A DNA stretch of 64,000 nt from Antedon mediterranea (Eukaryota; Animalia; Echinodermata): contig NC_092677.1 of the NCBI RefSeq assembly GCF_964355755.1, positions 17,816,101 through 17,880,100 on the forward strand, read 5' to 3'. The notes under the pieces were generated by a model. It searched no databases. It saw only the letters and a list, made by a program, of their open reading frames with translations, and was not told where the DNA came from. The position numbers were made by a program, and so were the translations under genes. Positions 23,854-37,530 of the stretch are shown in pieces; the first letter of the stretch is position 1, and every line of letters starts with the position of its first letter.

Positions 23854-24973
23854 CAGTGGCGGATCTAGGATCTGACGAGGGGGGGTGGCCACGAAAGTGG
23901 GAAACGAGGTGCGTAGCACCGAGCGGGGGAGGGTTTGGGAGGGGGTGTCCCCCTCCCGAGGCTCCAAAAAATTTTGAAAAAATAGATGCTTACACACTGT
24001 TTAATAGGCTAGAGAAACTGTTTCCATCACACTTAATAACAAATATTACATAATGTAAATTTAAATACATCCTTCCTAAATACTGTACGGATCTTTTTCG
24101 ACGAACTAATAATAAACTTTGATTGAAAAACCTTCAAACAAAATGAACATTTGGTAATGCGGTACTCCGAAAATGCCTCGATAGAGTGCATGTGTTGTGT
24201 ACCGTGTTTTGGTGGTCTGTTAACCTCAGAGATATATACCCTACAGCCGGGTGAATAACTCAATGTAATTTGGTATACAATGATTGCAGTAATTGCCGTG
24301 TCTATAACACAAATCAAAAAACGCCAAATACGCCACATACTTTTTTCGGCCGTCCCGTGTACATACAAGACATTTCATGTTTATTTTATGCCTATAAAAT
24401 AATAAAAGAACACCATGTTTCTCGTTTATTTTTATCGTTTATACTGCATACCATAATATTATACAAAAAACTTTCATGCGCGAGAAAAAAGTTCCCGATA
24501 TTACACTCCACTCAGGGGTGTAAATATACCACGCTAACGCTTGTGCACACACGGACCAGGGCGGCGGAAATTAACTGCAATGGAAAATGGTGTATTTTGG
24601 AGAGTGATGACGTCAGCATTCACACGAGGAGCGAGCTTGACAACGTGACGCTGGTAGTTTTAGGAGTGCGTGTGTTTTGAAAATGGGTATTTTCCGAAGA
24701 TTGTAAATCGTGTTTTCTTTTTAAACTCTTGAATTCATAATAGTAGGCCTAATTGAACTCTTAGCTCTTTCACTGTGTAGGCCTATTTACACACAACTAT
24801 TAATGCTAACCCTAGCTCTAGTAGGGCCTAGCTAGGCCTACTCTTCTTAATTAAAAGATTAATCCACGTCTAGCGACGGTCAATCGCGATTAGGTTGCAT
24901 CTTTTTTTTTTTTTTTTTGAGAATTAAGGGGGGTGGCTAGCCACCCTATTCACCCCCCCTAGATCCGCCACTG
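23854..24973. mobile_element. hAT-like non-autonomous element with 5-bp TSD, copy B
   Basis: AGTGT|CAGTGGCGGATCTAG ... CTAGATCCGCCACTG|AGTGT. Confidence 0.9.
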
Positions 24974-25341
24974 AGTGTCTTAATGGTGTTTGTGATTTAG
25001 GCTAATTTTACTACAAGCATGTGTATGCGAGTTTGGTGTAATGGTTATGTAACAAGCCTTTCAATTAACAATAGCTTCAGTTGACTAACAATAGAACAGC
25101 AACGCGAAAATCAAACGAGTGAATTTGAAAAGAAATAGGTTTTTTAAACTACTCGCATCAAAAAAGGTGCACATTAAATCAAATTATGTTTCAAAATTAC
25201 AAATCATGAATTATAACTCTTGCCTCTTGTACAAAAATGAAGTTTTTTGGACAAGTAGTTCTCGAGAAAATGCAATTTCAGTTTACTTGTTACTTTAAGA
25301 CTGCTCGCCGTCTTTTGAAAATTTCTGTCCTATCTTTTAAC

Positions 25342-25870
25342 GATTCAGGGATGATTCGGCCCTGAGACGATTCGGCCCGGGACTATTCGGCCCACTTTTG
25401 GTGGGACAAAGTGGGACGAATCGTCCCACTTTGTGGGCCGAATCGTTTCACTTTAGACCAAATTCATATTCATTTTTTTGGTATTTATCCAGTTTTTAAA
25501 GGTGTTTAACAATCCGTATTTATTGATATTGACAATCTTGATATAATATATATAATAATTAAATTACTAAAAAAACGTAATTTTATATTCAATTTATTAC
25601 TTCGAAAACCTTGTTTATTTCGTGCATTCGCCAAGCGGCCAACAGAGGGCGTACCTTGTTTACATCGTTCGTGTGACTAAAAAATGATCATTTTCAACAA
25701 AGTTTTCAAAATGTTTACTTTATTGCATCTTTATCCCTAGTAGTACTATCCCATAGTCTCTCTGAAAATAAAGTTTGGGGAAAAAGGCTTATTTTATGCT
25801 TATAAATGCATATCAAAGCCGATAAATTTAAGTGTGCCGAATCGTCTTAGGGCCGAATCGTCCCGTTACC
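25342..25870. mobile_element. MITE with 8(-9)-bp TSD and subterminal repeats (MULE- or hAT-like)
   Basis: CTTTTAAC|gattcagggatgattcggccc ... gggccgaatcgtcccgttacc|CTTTTAAC; repeated gacgattcggcc motifs; empty site in HINE copies 1 and 2. Confidence 0.82.
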
Positions 25871-26285
25871 CTTTTAACACTAGCAGGTCTGAAAAGTATA
25901 CTAAAAAGTGGTCCAGAATTGGGACCATGATCCCAAAATTTAATGGAATGGTCCTTGACCACATATCTATCTGTATATTCATTTTGGTAAAGATCTAACT
26001 CTTTGTCTGGTTACTTCTTAAGTAAACATATCGGCCACAACACAATAATCAATATAAGAAATAAACTACAAAAAAATAAATGAACAAGAAATCAAATCCT
26101 ACTGCATTCCATAACTATCAAAATCTAAAAAAATACTGTATAAAGTAAAATAAAATTTAAAAAAAGCTCACCAAATTACACAAATATACTTTTTATATAA
26201 ATTATTTCTTTTCTTTATTTATTTCTTATTCCAGTTTACTCAGGCAGCACTGCTTTATATTCTCTATTCTGTCTAAGTACTCTCA

Positions 26286-26420
26286 CTTGCACTGATGAAG
26301 GGTTAGTGTTGGCCGAAAGTTCTACACACATTGCAATTTTTTCAGTGATTTGTCTTTGGAGTTATATAAATAATTACTCTGAGGCTAATACCAGCTGGCC
26401 CATGGACGCCACCCTAAACA
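26286..26420 (+). mobile_element. Decayed Penelope-like LTR fragment with hammerhead-like core
   Basis: ACTGATGAAGGGTTAGTGTTGGCCGAAAGTTCTA; same layout as the minus-strand motif at 376-416. Confidence 0.5.
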
Positions 26421-27039
26421 TTTACATAAGGAAAGATAAGAAGAATATAATAGCTACTACACCTAGCAAGATCTATAGCTAAAGAACAATTAGATTCTGT
26501 GTATTTGAGTTAATTAGAAGCTATTACACAGATAATTTGCCTGAAAGAAACAAAACTCAGTTGTTTGGAGATAAAACCGAAAAAGCAACTTCAAACAGTA
26601 AGTATTTTGCTCAAATTAGATAGGTGTTGTATAAATCCTGTATTTAATTGGTAGGGACAAAGGCATTGCTGGGATTAGTAGTTCTAAGGTGCTGAGATCA
26701 GTGACAGTGGTTTTGCCAAATGGTTTTGGTACAGCTGAGGGCCATTCAACTTTAATTCCCCTTCACAATGTCACTCACCTTTACAACAAGCAAAACCCCA
26801 TGTTGAACAACAGGGTTAAAGACCTTTTAATTTTGGTCATTACAATTTAACATATTTTTCTATGGGGTACAAATGTGTTAATCAATATTACACAATTTGA
26901 AAACTTGTTCAAATATCTTTACACCACACCTGGTGATTTTAATTAAAGTAAAATAAATCATGAATGTTCAGTAATGAGCAAGGCTAGCCTCTCATACAAT
27001 CAAGGGGTTACAATGACCTGCACACATTATTTTTTTCTT

Positions 27040-27162
27040 CGTTAGTTCGGGAAAATGTGCTTTATTTTTAATTTATTTTATTCTACTCTTTTTCGGATAG
27101 TGTACCAAGTTTTTTAATGTGCACCAATGGGTTTACATCCCATCCGAAGGACGTGGCAATGA
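27040..27162 (-). mobile_element. Deu/Nin-domain SINE fragment
   Basis: Minus strand gtccttcggatgggatgtaaacc..gcacattaaaaaac..cactatccgaaaagagtag resembles the Deu-domain consensus as recalled. Confidence 0.6.
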
Positions 27163-30100
27163 AATTGCGCCACCCAAGCTGGCTTGCCCCAAAAAAAGTT
27201 TATCAACCTATTCCATCTTTGACAATGCTTATCCTCCTAAAATGTCCTAATTTATGCCATAATTAATCAGTTTGTGGTACACCACCTACGTTTTATATTT
27301 AGTATCTCAGTGTTTCGATCAATACATGATTTCTGCATTAAACATTTAGTACCAGAAATTTCGCAGGCAGGGCAGAACATGATTCCAAAGAGTTTGTCCG
27401 GAATTATAGTAGTAAGAACAATATATATATTGACTATTAGAGACTGGGACAGGCTAAATAAATATGTGGGAGTTGATGTGTTTGTATATAAAAAACAACC
27501 AAGTGTAAAATATAAATAGAATCAATTGATTGATGGAATTAACAATGTTATTTGACGTCAAATCACATAATTGTAACCAAACAACATAGCAAACATAAAA
27601 AGAATTGATTGGCATCGGTAGTGCTGAAAACCTCTATGATTGGCAATGGTGTAAAAGAAAGGGTAATAATCCAATATGTGTTCATATTACAAGCTTTCTT
27701 TGATTTTTCAATATTGTGCAAGACATATGTCGATAAATACAATCAAGTTGCATGATTATTGACATTATAAGTAGAGTACTGCTGAACATATGCTCAAGCT
27801 CCTCGATCATTAGTCAAAATCGCAGACTGCTAAGCTACCAAACAATGGAATGTGCAAATCTTGACGGATGGACTAGGGTTATGTAAGCTTAAAAAAAGTT
27901 GACTTTATGACATGGAAATTAGGCTTGCATTATTTTCTTTAACACTCTTGAATAAAGCAAAAAAACATTTCTTTATAAGATTGGTAGTTAAAATGGTATC
28001 AAATTAGTACTGTAATTAATATTATTATGACCTTGTGTTCGCAGAAGTAAAATTTAGTTTGTATTTTGTAAGATACACAGTTTCTACAATCTCCATTCAG
28101 TCTTTACCTAAACTAGTAAACTTCATTTTCTTTTTACAGAGAAGCCAATATCCACCAAGGTCGAGTAGGCTGGGGAAGTACAAAATTCAATAAGCCTAGT
28201 TTATACTAATTAACTTTAGCAAACTTTTGTTTTAAAACTCTCTGTTTAACTATTTGGAGAAGTTTGAGAAACTTGGTCTACACTAGCTAGTACTGTGTAT
28301 TACATAAAGTAACTACAAAAATATGTTTGATTTTGACAAACCAGCAAAATAGTTGGTCAAAATGTACTGCCAAAATACTGCAAACTAGTTTTCTGCAATT
28401 TGGTGATTTTGTCAACTGGTATGGTTTTACCAAACTTATTATTTTGCACTGCATTTAAAAAGTTAATTTGCTAATCTTTTGTATGTTATACTGTATATAT
28501 ATATATTCTATTCATCTTAAGAAGCAATTCAATTTTCTACTGACATGTCTATTTTGTTAAACCAGAAAATAAAATAAAAAGTTATTTTAAAATTGTCCCT
28601 TTTTTGCTTCCAACAAAATGGAGAATGTCCGAATTTATTCTCTTGCTATTGAATAGTTCCACTTTTTGTAATTGCATTCTATTATTTTTTTTATTTTATC
28701 TTAATTGTTATTTCTTTAAATTATTATTAATCTTATTATACATTTATGTTAAAGGAAAGTCTTACAATTGATCAGGGTCACTTCTGACAATCCAATTTTT
28801 ATTTTGTAGTGTTTAGTATTTTTTCTGTCATTTTTGTTGTGCCAAAATTGAAGAAATCAAATCAATATTTGCAAGCATACATTTTATATTGTGTTTAAAA
28901 GTTTTCATAGCCAAAGTAAATGAACTTCAAAGAAATATGTTGTATACAAAAATAATACTTTCATATGCTATCAAACATTTTTGTTGTCGATAGTCTGGGA
29001 ACTTTTTATTCTGAATACAAATTTCTCTGTCCCTTTCTCCACCCACGTTTCTTTCGGTACTGCAACTTTGAAACATTTCTATGCTTATTCATGCATGCAA
29101 TAGTATCTGGCAACTTTATAAGTTAACAGCAACATTGGTTAATATTTATATATTATGTGAAAGACAATGTAAATTAGATTACAAATTAACAAGTGTAATA
29201 TAATGCAATAATAACCAGTTTTATTTTGCACCCTGTGTCACATTAAATAATATGTAAATTGTAAAAAAATTATTTGAATAAGTTTAGAAGTGAATACAAT
29301 TTGGACTGTTATATGAAAAAGTGAAAAATTCATTCATTTATTTTTAATAAAATGGTTGTATAGGGTAGCACCCATCCTAGTGTTAATGGTTCGAGAAAGG
29401 TTCTGTCAGATAGAAGTTCATTATTATGTATTTATGATTTAAATAGGACATTTTACTGTTGGAGTCATATAGCAGTTCATAAAAATGGTAGTATGAAAAA
29501 GCACATTTTCTTAAATTAAGAGTTTAATGGTTCAAACATGATTTTGTGGGAAATAATTTATTTGAGTCAGTATGTACACACTGAATACGTAAATAAGGCA
29601 ATTGATCAAGAGAATTATAAACAGCGTATGCCAACTCCCTCGAGGGCACTTGATGGAATGTACTCAACAAAACAATATCTATAAATGAAATTAGAAACCA
29701 CTTATAAATAATACGGTGAATCAATCTTAGTCGTTAAGACTTACCGCTTAACACTGCTTGCCTATATGGCTCAAAATCTCCTCCCTGGTAACTCGGCCTT
29801 GTTGTAAGGTGTCGCGCTTGGCTGCCTCGCTTGTGTGTAAATGATCGGCGAGGGAGAAATGAGTTCCTCCTTTGCTAAGACGAAGGTGTTAAAACATCAT
29901 TAAAATGGTAATGGACTTTATGTGATCACGCTTTTCACATGGTTGTCTGGTAATGATGTCGTTCGTGACGAGTTGTAACAACAATTACAGAAGAGAATTA
30001 CCCAATTGTGGCCAATTCATTTTCCATTATTAATACGAATATCAATTTCCTACCTCCTCGTAGAGATCTGCTAATGATAGTATGATTGTAAAACTGTGAA

Positions 30101-30999
30101 AGCGAAAACAAGAAAAGAGACATTTAATTATAAACCAAGTTATTGAAAGCAAAAGTCTAACACATTTGGAGATGGTTAAAGACAGCCATCTCGTTGGCAA
30201 TGAGCTGAGAAGTTAAGAATATTACGAGGCATGATTATATGTATGTAACATGCATTATTTAATGTTCACACAAGCTATGCTATGTTGAAGTTAAACAGAG
30301 TAAAGTGGAAAGCAATATACATAAAACAGTTTTTAAATGATTAGAAAGGAAGTATAAAAATTAAATGTATTTTTAAATGTTGAAATTAAGAGTGAATCAT
30401 TACTGGATTTCCAGTTATTGCAAGGAAAGTATGAAATTATTATGTGTTCATAACTGAAACGCAACATGGAATATGTTTAATATCTACAATAAAAGACTTC
30501 TCCAATTTAAAATAAAAGCTTGGAAATCTCCTGATTATGTGGGTCATTTGCAAATCTCAAGTAAGGCTCTGTTCACACTGGTGTAATTACAATGTTTTAG
30601 CATACAACGTTTAGTATAGAAAAAGTGGTAAAGTGTCCCGTTTTAGCTAAAAAATGCTGTAAAAATGGCATTATTACCAAGTATACTTGGATACTATTAC
30701 TTATTTGATTAAAAATAGTGATTTTAAACCCAGAAGAATGCTTCCAGTAATACAGTATTTAGGGCAATTGCATGTTTAATTTCAATAGCAACAAATAACC
30801 TCTTTTCATTTAATGATACATCCCTCTCTGTCCAGACCACATATGTTAAACAGTAGCTTTCTATTTAATTTATAACATATTACTTTTAACAAAATATTTG
30901 TTTTATTTAGATTATTTAATTTAGATGTAAGATGACCCCAATGGAAATAAGTTCCTAACATTTTGGGTTATCCAGAAAATATTCTTAAAAATTTATTTT

Positions 31000-32232
31000 C
31001 ATCCTGAAAATAAAATAATAGTTAAAAAAAAGATTTTTGTTGAATAGGCCATTTTAATGTGAAATATTCACTTTGACCAGTAGTTATAAGAAAAGATTGT
31101 TTTCCTGTAATTTAAAGAAAATAATAGTCAACCTGAAACCCATTATCTGATATTCAATTTAACTGTTCATTTTTCCTTTTTATAAGAGCAATTATTTTTG
31201 TTTGTTTTGAAAATGGCTTATTAAAAAACATGATTTTAAATATATCTCTATATTTCATGTTTAGAAAATAATACATACCGGTATATAATTAATGTTGTTA
31301 ATTTGTAGTTTAAGCATTTCAAAGAAATTTAAATTAAATCAAAATTACTTTCACTTAAATAGGCTATAGTTAAACGCTTGTTTTTCCAAAGAAACTTGCC
31401 CAGTGCTTATGCTGTCATCCACGTTACAAAATACTAATTTACATTTTAATATGTTCCATAATTTTAACTTTCATTACAGAATATAATTACTATATTAATA
31501 ATGTTTAATAGGTCGTGTATATCATAATCAATAAGAATTTCTCACATTTGTTATCTAAATTTCATACTACCTAAATAAATAATGCTTTAGATTAGTGATA
31601 AACTCTAGTAGAATATGATTGTTTTTTTGTGAAAGTAAAACCAACATTAGAGATGTATTGTCCCCTGAAAAAGATTATTTGTTGTTGAATATCCCATTTC
31701 AATATCACATATTGATAAAAAATTGGCAAAAAACCCCTAAAAAACTGTAATTTAAAGCACAAAATAGTACACTACTTTCTGTCGATGATGACATTTTTCA
31801 TGAGGAGTCTCTCTTATTGAGAAATTGCGCTTCATTAAAAAATTATTGCCAAGAAAGTAAATCCTCTCAAAAAAGTAATTTAAACAAATTTGGTTTTTGT
31901 TGAATATGCCATTTAAAAGTTAAATGTTATTGTTTTACTATAGTATACTTTTGAGTTGGTCTAAAATATCTGGTTTCCAAGATTCAGAAAATTTCAAGAA
32001 AGCTTTCATTCTAAAAATTAGTGACAAAAAAAAATAAAATAATTTGTAAAAAATGAAAAAATTGTAAACATTATATATATAATACTTATTACTTATGGTA
32101 TATTATAATATGTCCAAATATTGTATATGTATATTCATTTATTTAAAGATATATTGTCCCTCTAATTTTCTTTTTTGTTGTTGAATGTGCCATTTTAATG
32201 TCATAAAATAAAACATGTAATTTAAAGCAAAA
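31000..32232 (+). repeat. Highly diverged dispersed/tandem repeat (about 4 copies)
   Basis: ttgttgaata(t/g)(g/c)ccattt..aat and tgtaatttaaag motifs recur near 31040, 31680, 31900 and 32180. Confidence 0.5.
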
Positions 32233-32239
32233 TACATGG

Positions 32240-32330
32240 CTGCAGTCGCGTGCTCAAATTTGAGTTAGTGTTTACCGACCAACCGACAGACATAGTGAGC
32301 TGTAAAATCGCATTTGCATGTGACTAAAAA
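32240..32330. mobile_element. HINE-like terminal fragment
   Basis: ccgaccaaccgacagacatagtgagct..gtgactaaaaa: microsatellite-like tract plus a terminal gactaaaaa, and an inverted agtcgcgtgc upstream. Confidence 0.45.
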
Positions 32331-35320
32331 CACCTAAATTGTCTGTCAGACAATGGTATAACAGTTTCCAATTATTTTTGCTGATTTTATTTTCTACAGA
32401 AGTGAATAATTTGAAACTGCAAAACGACCTATTCAAAGTCAGATTTTATTAATCTTTATTTTTCAAGTTTTTGAGGACAATACATTTTTATACAGTAGTA
32501 TATTTTTGGAATCTTTCTTTGGAATTAAAAAAGTAAAATTAGGTGAAACTTCCATTGTTTTGTGAAACTAGATGAATTTATCATTTATTTTAAAAGTATA
32601 ATATAAAAATAATTTTCTAAAAATACAGTTGTTAATATGAATTCAAATTGTTATGGTAGATTTATTTATTAAATTAAAATAGATTCACTTGCAATTATTA
32701 AATAATTTTCTTCGTCAGCAATGTATAATGACTATTCATCAAGATTTTCACACATTTTTCATTTTTAAAGATATCCTTAAACTTGATGCTTGAATGCATT
32801 AATTCAACTCTAATTTTATAATTTGAATAAATTAGTTTAACCTCAATAAATCTGACCCGATTGCAGACAAAACAAAATTTCACTTGCACAATAAAAATTT
32901 AATTTAATAATTTAAAAGTTGTATAGCTTTTTATTTAATATATTATAATTTAGATACATTATAAATACAGTTATATTATTGTACCTTATTTTAAGTCAGA
33001 TTTTTGACTAAATTCAAGTATATCATTAAAAAAAAAGGTATAGGATTCAAGGATTCAAACAATATTTTCGTATGTTTATAAAATGTATATGAAATGGAAC
33101 AGATGTATATTTGTAAATTATTAATAAATTATTTACTTATTTAATACTTATTCATTTATTTATTAAGTAAAATATGATTTAACTGTTACAATATGTTGTT
33201 TGTAAAATTGTATTATGAATTTCAAAGAAGTCTGTATAAATAATTAATTATTAGAAAATTGTTTAATTAATTTAATACTTAATTACTTTAATAAGATTTA
33301 TTAGTTTGTACGTTATGTTTATATTACTGAATATTAATCAATACAATTTACTTAATTATAATTTACCCTTTTAAAAAAAATATTTAATTCACATATTAAA
33401 ATATATATTTATTCAAATAAATACATTAAAAGAATTAGAAACACATAGGCCTATATTAAAAAAAAAATTGAAATGTGTAAATGTTCATACACATAAATTT
33501 TAATTTATTTCGAAATTTGATTTAAGGTTAAATAGAATTTGTTTAAATTAATATACTGTACAGAAAAAAAATCATTTTGATGTATTTAAACTGTAATTCA
33601 TTATTTATGTATGAATAACACATACAAATATGGATTTCAATTAATATGATCTTAAATCAATCAGTGATGGATGATTTGATTGAATATGACCATCCTTCAA
33701 CAACACATTTAATGGATGTTTTGAAAAACTTGAAGATTGATATTTCAATCCAGATTTTCACTCTTGCTGAATTTCAGCTCCATATTTTTCTAACATTTAT
33801 ATTGAGCTTTAACTAACCAAAGTAAGGAAACAAATAAAATCATTTGATAGAACATGGAAAAGAGATGATGAGAATGCCAAATAGCTATAGAGTGATGGGA
33901 TCCCTTGTGACATCAATAAAACGAGAGTTAATAATTAAATCTAAAGTAAGGGATACAAACACAACTGATGAAAAAATAGATTGTTTGAAATACCTATGAT
34001 TTGTTCTGGGTATAGTGTTCAACTTTTACACCATCATCTCTTTACAGATGCATCTATATGTAAATTTTCTAATTTGTATTCACCTGACACGGATCATTGA
34101 ACTGTCAGAACAGTTAGCGAATAGATTATGGGCAGTACGTTATCTATTTAAAGATGATTCCCTTGTTCGCTAGACCATGAACACGACAATGTACTGAAGG
34201 GGTTTTCGTTTCAAATGATTGTTGAGCCCTCGGTGGAATTTACGATACAGTGTAATGTGTGAATCAACAACGCTAAATAAATCTTTAAAAATATTGCAGA
34301 TGAATTAAGGTTCTAGATTTTGACATTGATGCAGCAAACTTGATTTTACTAGATAATTACATTTTGCCACTTGTAAAGCAAACTGAAATTTATCGATGAT
34401 AAAAAGTTTCTTAGTTTATTAGATAGGCCTATTCTTACATTTGTTAGTGCTGTCGTAAGCAATTTATATTATATATAGCTTGTTAAGTACAATCATACAC
34501 ATTATGGTTATCACTTTACGCTAACCCTTAACCTTATAGATTGTGATGGCTTTTTAATTGACAATTTGAAAGTGCAATGCATAAACCTAATTAAAGAAAA
34601 CATCATATACAAAATTATTAATGGAATTGTGGCGCGTTTGATATAATGCTTCTGTTTTCATATAAAATCTTAATATTTACATTATCTTGACCAAATAATA
34701 CTGTGATCAATAACTTTATTAAATTACTAAAGACTTCAATTAGTCATGTTGGACATGAAGCACATTTTAATGATTTAGTATTTATTACTCTTGGGAAACT
34801 TTGACTCCTCATCATCATATTATCACATATTCAATAGGTAATTGTTTATTTTTCAGCTTGTCATTTCATAGGCAATTTCAAAACATTTAAAAGTGCAATA
34901 TATCGGTTAGTTATATTTTAACGATGGTTAGTGGTAAATAGGATGACAGTTTAGATACAGAGTACAAACTAAATGAATTATAGGTCTCTAAAGATTTTGT
35001 TTCAACAAATTAATGTAAAGCAGAATATTATAATAAAAATATATCATCCTCCATGGTTATACCAACCGAAACACAAAAGTTACAACTTCTAGCATTTTTA
35101 GTAAACTTGAGCACGCGACTGCAGCCATGTATATGGCCTTGTTTGGGTGTTTTTGGGTAGTTGTAAGAGTCAAATTTTTTCTTATTGAGTCATTTAAGTC
35201 TGTTAGGAGTTGGCTTGAGACCAAGAAAGAATACTCAGGACCGAGTTGACTCTGGAAAGCATTGACACAGAACAAAATTGACACGCGACCAGGTTGGTTG
35301 GGACAGACATACTGACATTA

Positions 35321-35593
35321 GGGTCTACGATGAAATCGGTCGCATCTGAAATTGGTCACGATAAAATGAACTTCTGGTATTTTTGTATGGCGCGCCTCTA
35401 GAGCTATAATACGTTTTATGATATTGGTCATCACGTCAGAGTGGTGGATTGAATGCAAAAATCAGCATGCATCATCTTTCTTTATTGCATAAACCTCATT
35501 GAGTTGGTATCCACTAGAACGAGTTTCATAATTAATACGCAATAGACACGTCTACTTGACCGATTTCAAGCACGACCGATTTCATCTGACACC
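35321..35593. mobile_element. Unclassified MITE
   Basis: 30-bp inverted repeats 35329-35358 / 35557-35586 (25/30 identical), each with a doubled gaaatcggtc motif. Confidence 0.7.
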
Positions 35594-37017
35594 AACGTTG
35601 CCCCAACCAAATAAAGATAAAAATGCTGCTACTGTACTTTCCACCTAAAACAGACTATTCATTCACCAACCACAGACAAGCCACAGACAAATGTTTTTCA
35701 ATTGGGTTAAGCTTGAGAAATTGAGTTAAATAAATTACAAAGACAATAGGGGCTTTGGATAGGTGCGGAAGTACATTAGCGCCGTTAAAATGGACTTCTT
35801 TTTTTGGTGGCTGTCTCTCTTCACAAGTTCGGTAGGTCACCCTTTCTCCACCACCTCACATAAGTACTGTTTCAACCGAGCCTAACATTACCTCTATGTG
35901 TTACAAGCCACAGATTATTATGATATTACATTTCATTTCAATGATACCTACGTTTTGACAATTATTTACTAAAATAAATACTGGCGGTGGAAAATACAGA
36001 GTGTTACCACGTTACTTCACTTTCCAGTTCACCTATACAAATTATATTGACCAATCAGCAATCGAGAGCTGATGAACTTTACCCCCTTTTTACTTCAGTT
36101 TGTAATTTGGTGGTTTCAAGGGGCAGACTGGCCTAAATTACAGGTTTCATGAAGGCTGTGGTTCGTTTTCTATATGTCAGTATATTATGTCAGTATATTA
36201 TGTTATATAGTAGGAATAATCTTTACAGGGATAGTTAATATTTAGTATAATACAATATCAAAGTTTGTCTTATTTAATTTTCTACAATATAAGTCGAAGA
36301 GAACATAAAGTCAGTATCATGTGATAATAAAGCTTAAATGAGCCATTACACAGAAAATTAATTACAAAAAATTCAAGTTTTAATTTGTTAGTTGAGTTTT
36401 TAAATATTTTAGGTAAGTCTTTTTAAAAATGTTTTTTACTAATTTCGTCGAAAGTGAGATTTGATTATTGTTTAAGATATAAATAATTACTGTTCTATGA
36501 CCCGAGTCACACGTTGTTACGACTTATTAATTTACTTAATCAAAATAAAACGAGGGGTTTAAAATCTGTTTTATTTGCAATTTAAATGCTAATATTGTTG
36601 TTTTTAAAGATGTATAATTTACGTCATATATTATTTGTAATATATAGTAATAAATTATCAGAAATAATTATTATTATCATCACAGCTAATTGATTGGTCA
36701 AGTGATTTGTGACGTGTTTGAAACTGAGGGCGCAATTTGTGTTTCGTACACTTTCTTTGGTGACAGTCGTTAGATCTGTGACATGACATTTGTAGTACGT
36801 GAATATCTACAGTTTCGAACGAAGGTGACCACCGGTATTTAATACTGTGTACAAACTCATCAGATAACGTAGAAAAATCAATTATGGTTCCTATTATATT
36901 ATTTTATTTATATTTGCTATTTATATTATTTTATGTCAGTACAAGACCAGCTAAAAAAAACCCAATAGTTATGATAGGCCAATTAATAAGTATAAAAGAT
37001 ATTAACAATAGGCCTAT

Positions 37018-37530
37018 CTGAACTGAACTGAACTTTTATTGTATCTCTTTTAAATCAGAGGCACAGTCTCAATGAGATGTGCAACAAGTTTACAGTGAAA
37101 AATAATACATACACACTTAAATATAAATACAAAACAAGAAATTAGACATAAGAACAAAATTACAAAAAAAAAATGTAAGAAAACTGAGACAGATTAAATA
37201 CTAAAAAAATGAGTAAATTAAGTTTGAGAAGGAATTGTATTATATATATCATTTCGTGTGTTCCAAGCCATGGTCAGAAAAATTTTGCAATGTTTGTCGA
37301 AAATAATACTTGCTGATTCGTATACATCATGGGTCAATTGATTTGGTGTAATTTTAAATTCATTATGGATTTCAAGATCATCGAAGAATAAGTGGTGTTT
37401 AAGATCTAGAGAGCTAGTAGTAAACAATTCCCAGAACATGGATAGATTATTGTTGTTTAGCTCATCTTTAAGGTTCATGAGTATTGGTTGTCTAACGTAC
37501 TCAAGTCGTTTGCATTCAATAATATCTTAA
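37018..37530 (-). mobile_element. 5'-truncated LINE 3' end (RTE-X/CR1-group-like)
   Basis: Minus-strand reading IIECKRLEYVR...AWNTRN resembles ORF2 C-termini; followed by a UTR, AATAAA and a (GTTCA)3 tail at 37018-37039. Confidence 0.6.

Larger units (their letters stand above)
23748..25996. mobile_element. HINE-like element, copy 3 (two nested insertions, truncated end)
   Basis: Segments 23748-23853, 24974-25341 and 25871-25996 are colinear with copy 1. Confidence 0.78.

Noticed and set aside
24033-24680. ORFs of 111 and 136 aa inside the hAT-like element
   Set aside because: No transposase motifs, and the frames are not preserved in the sister copy at 17883-19207.
33965-33995. Further CTGATGA...GAAA hammerhead candidates (also about 38480-38510, minus strand)
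   Set aside because: No convincing stems, or the GAAA box is missing.
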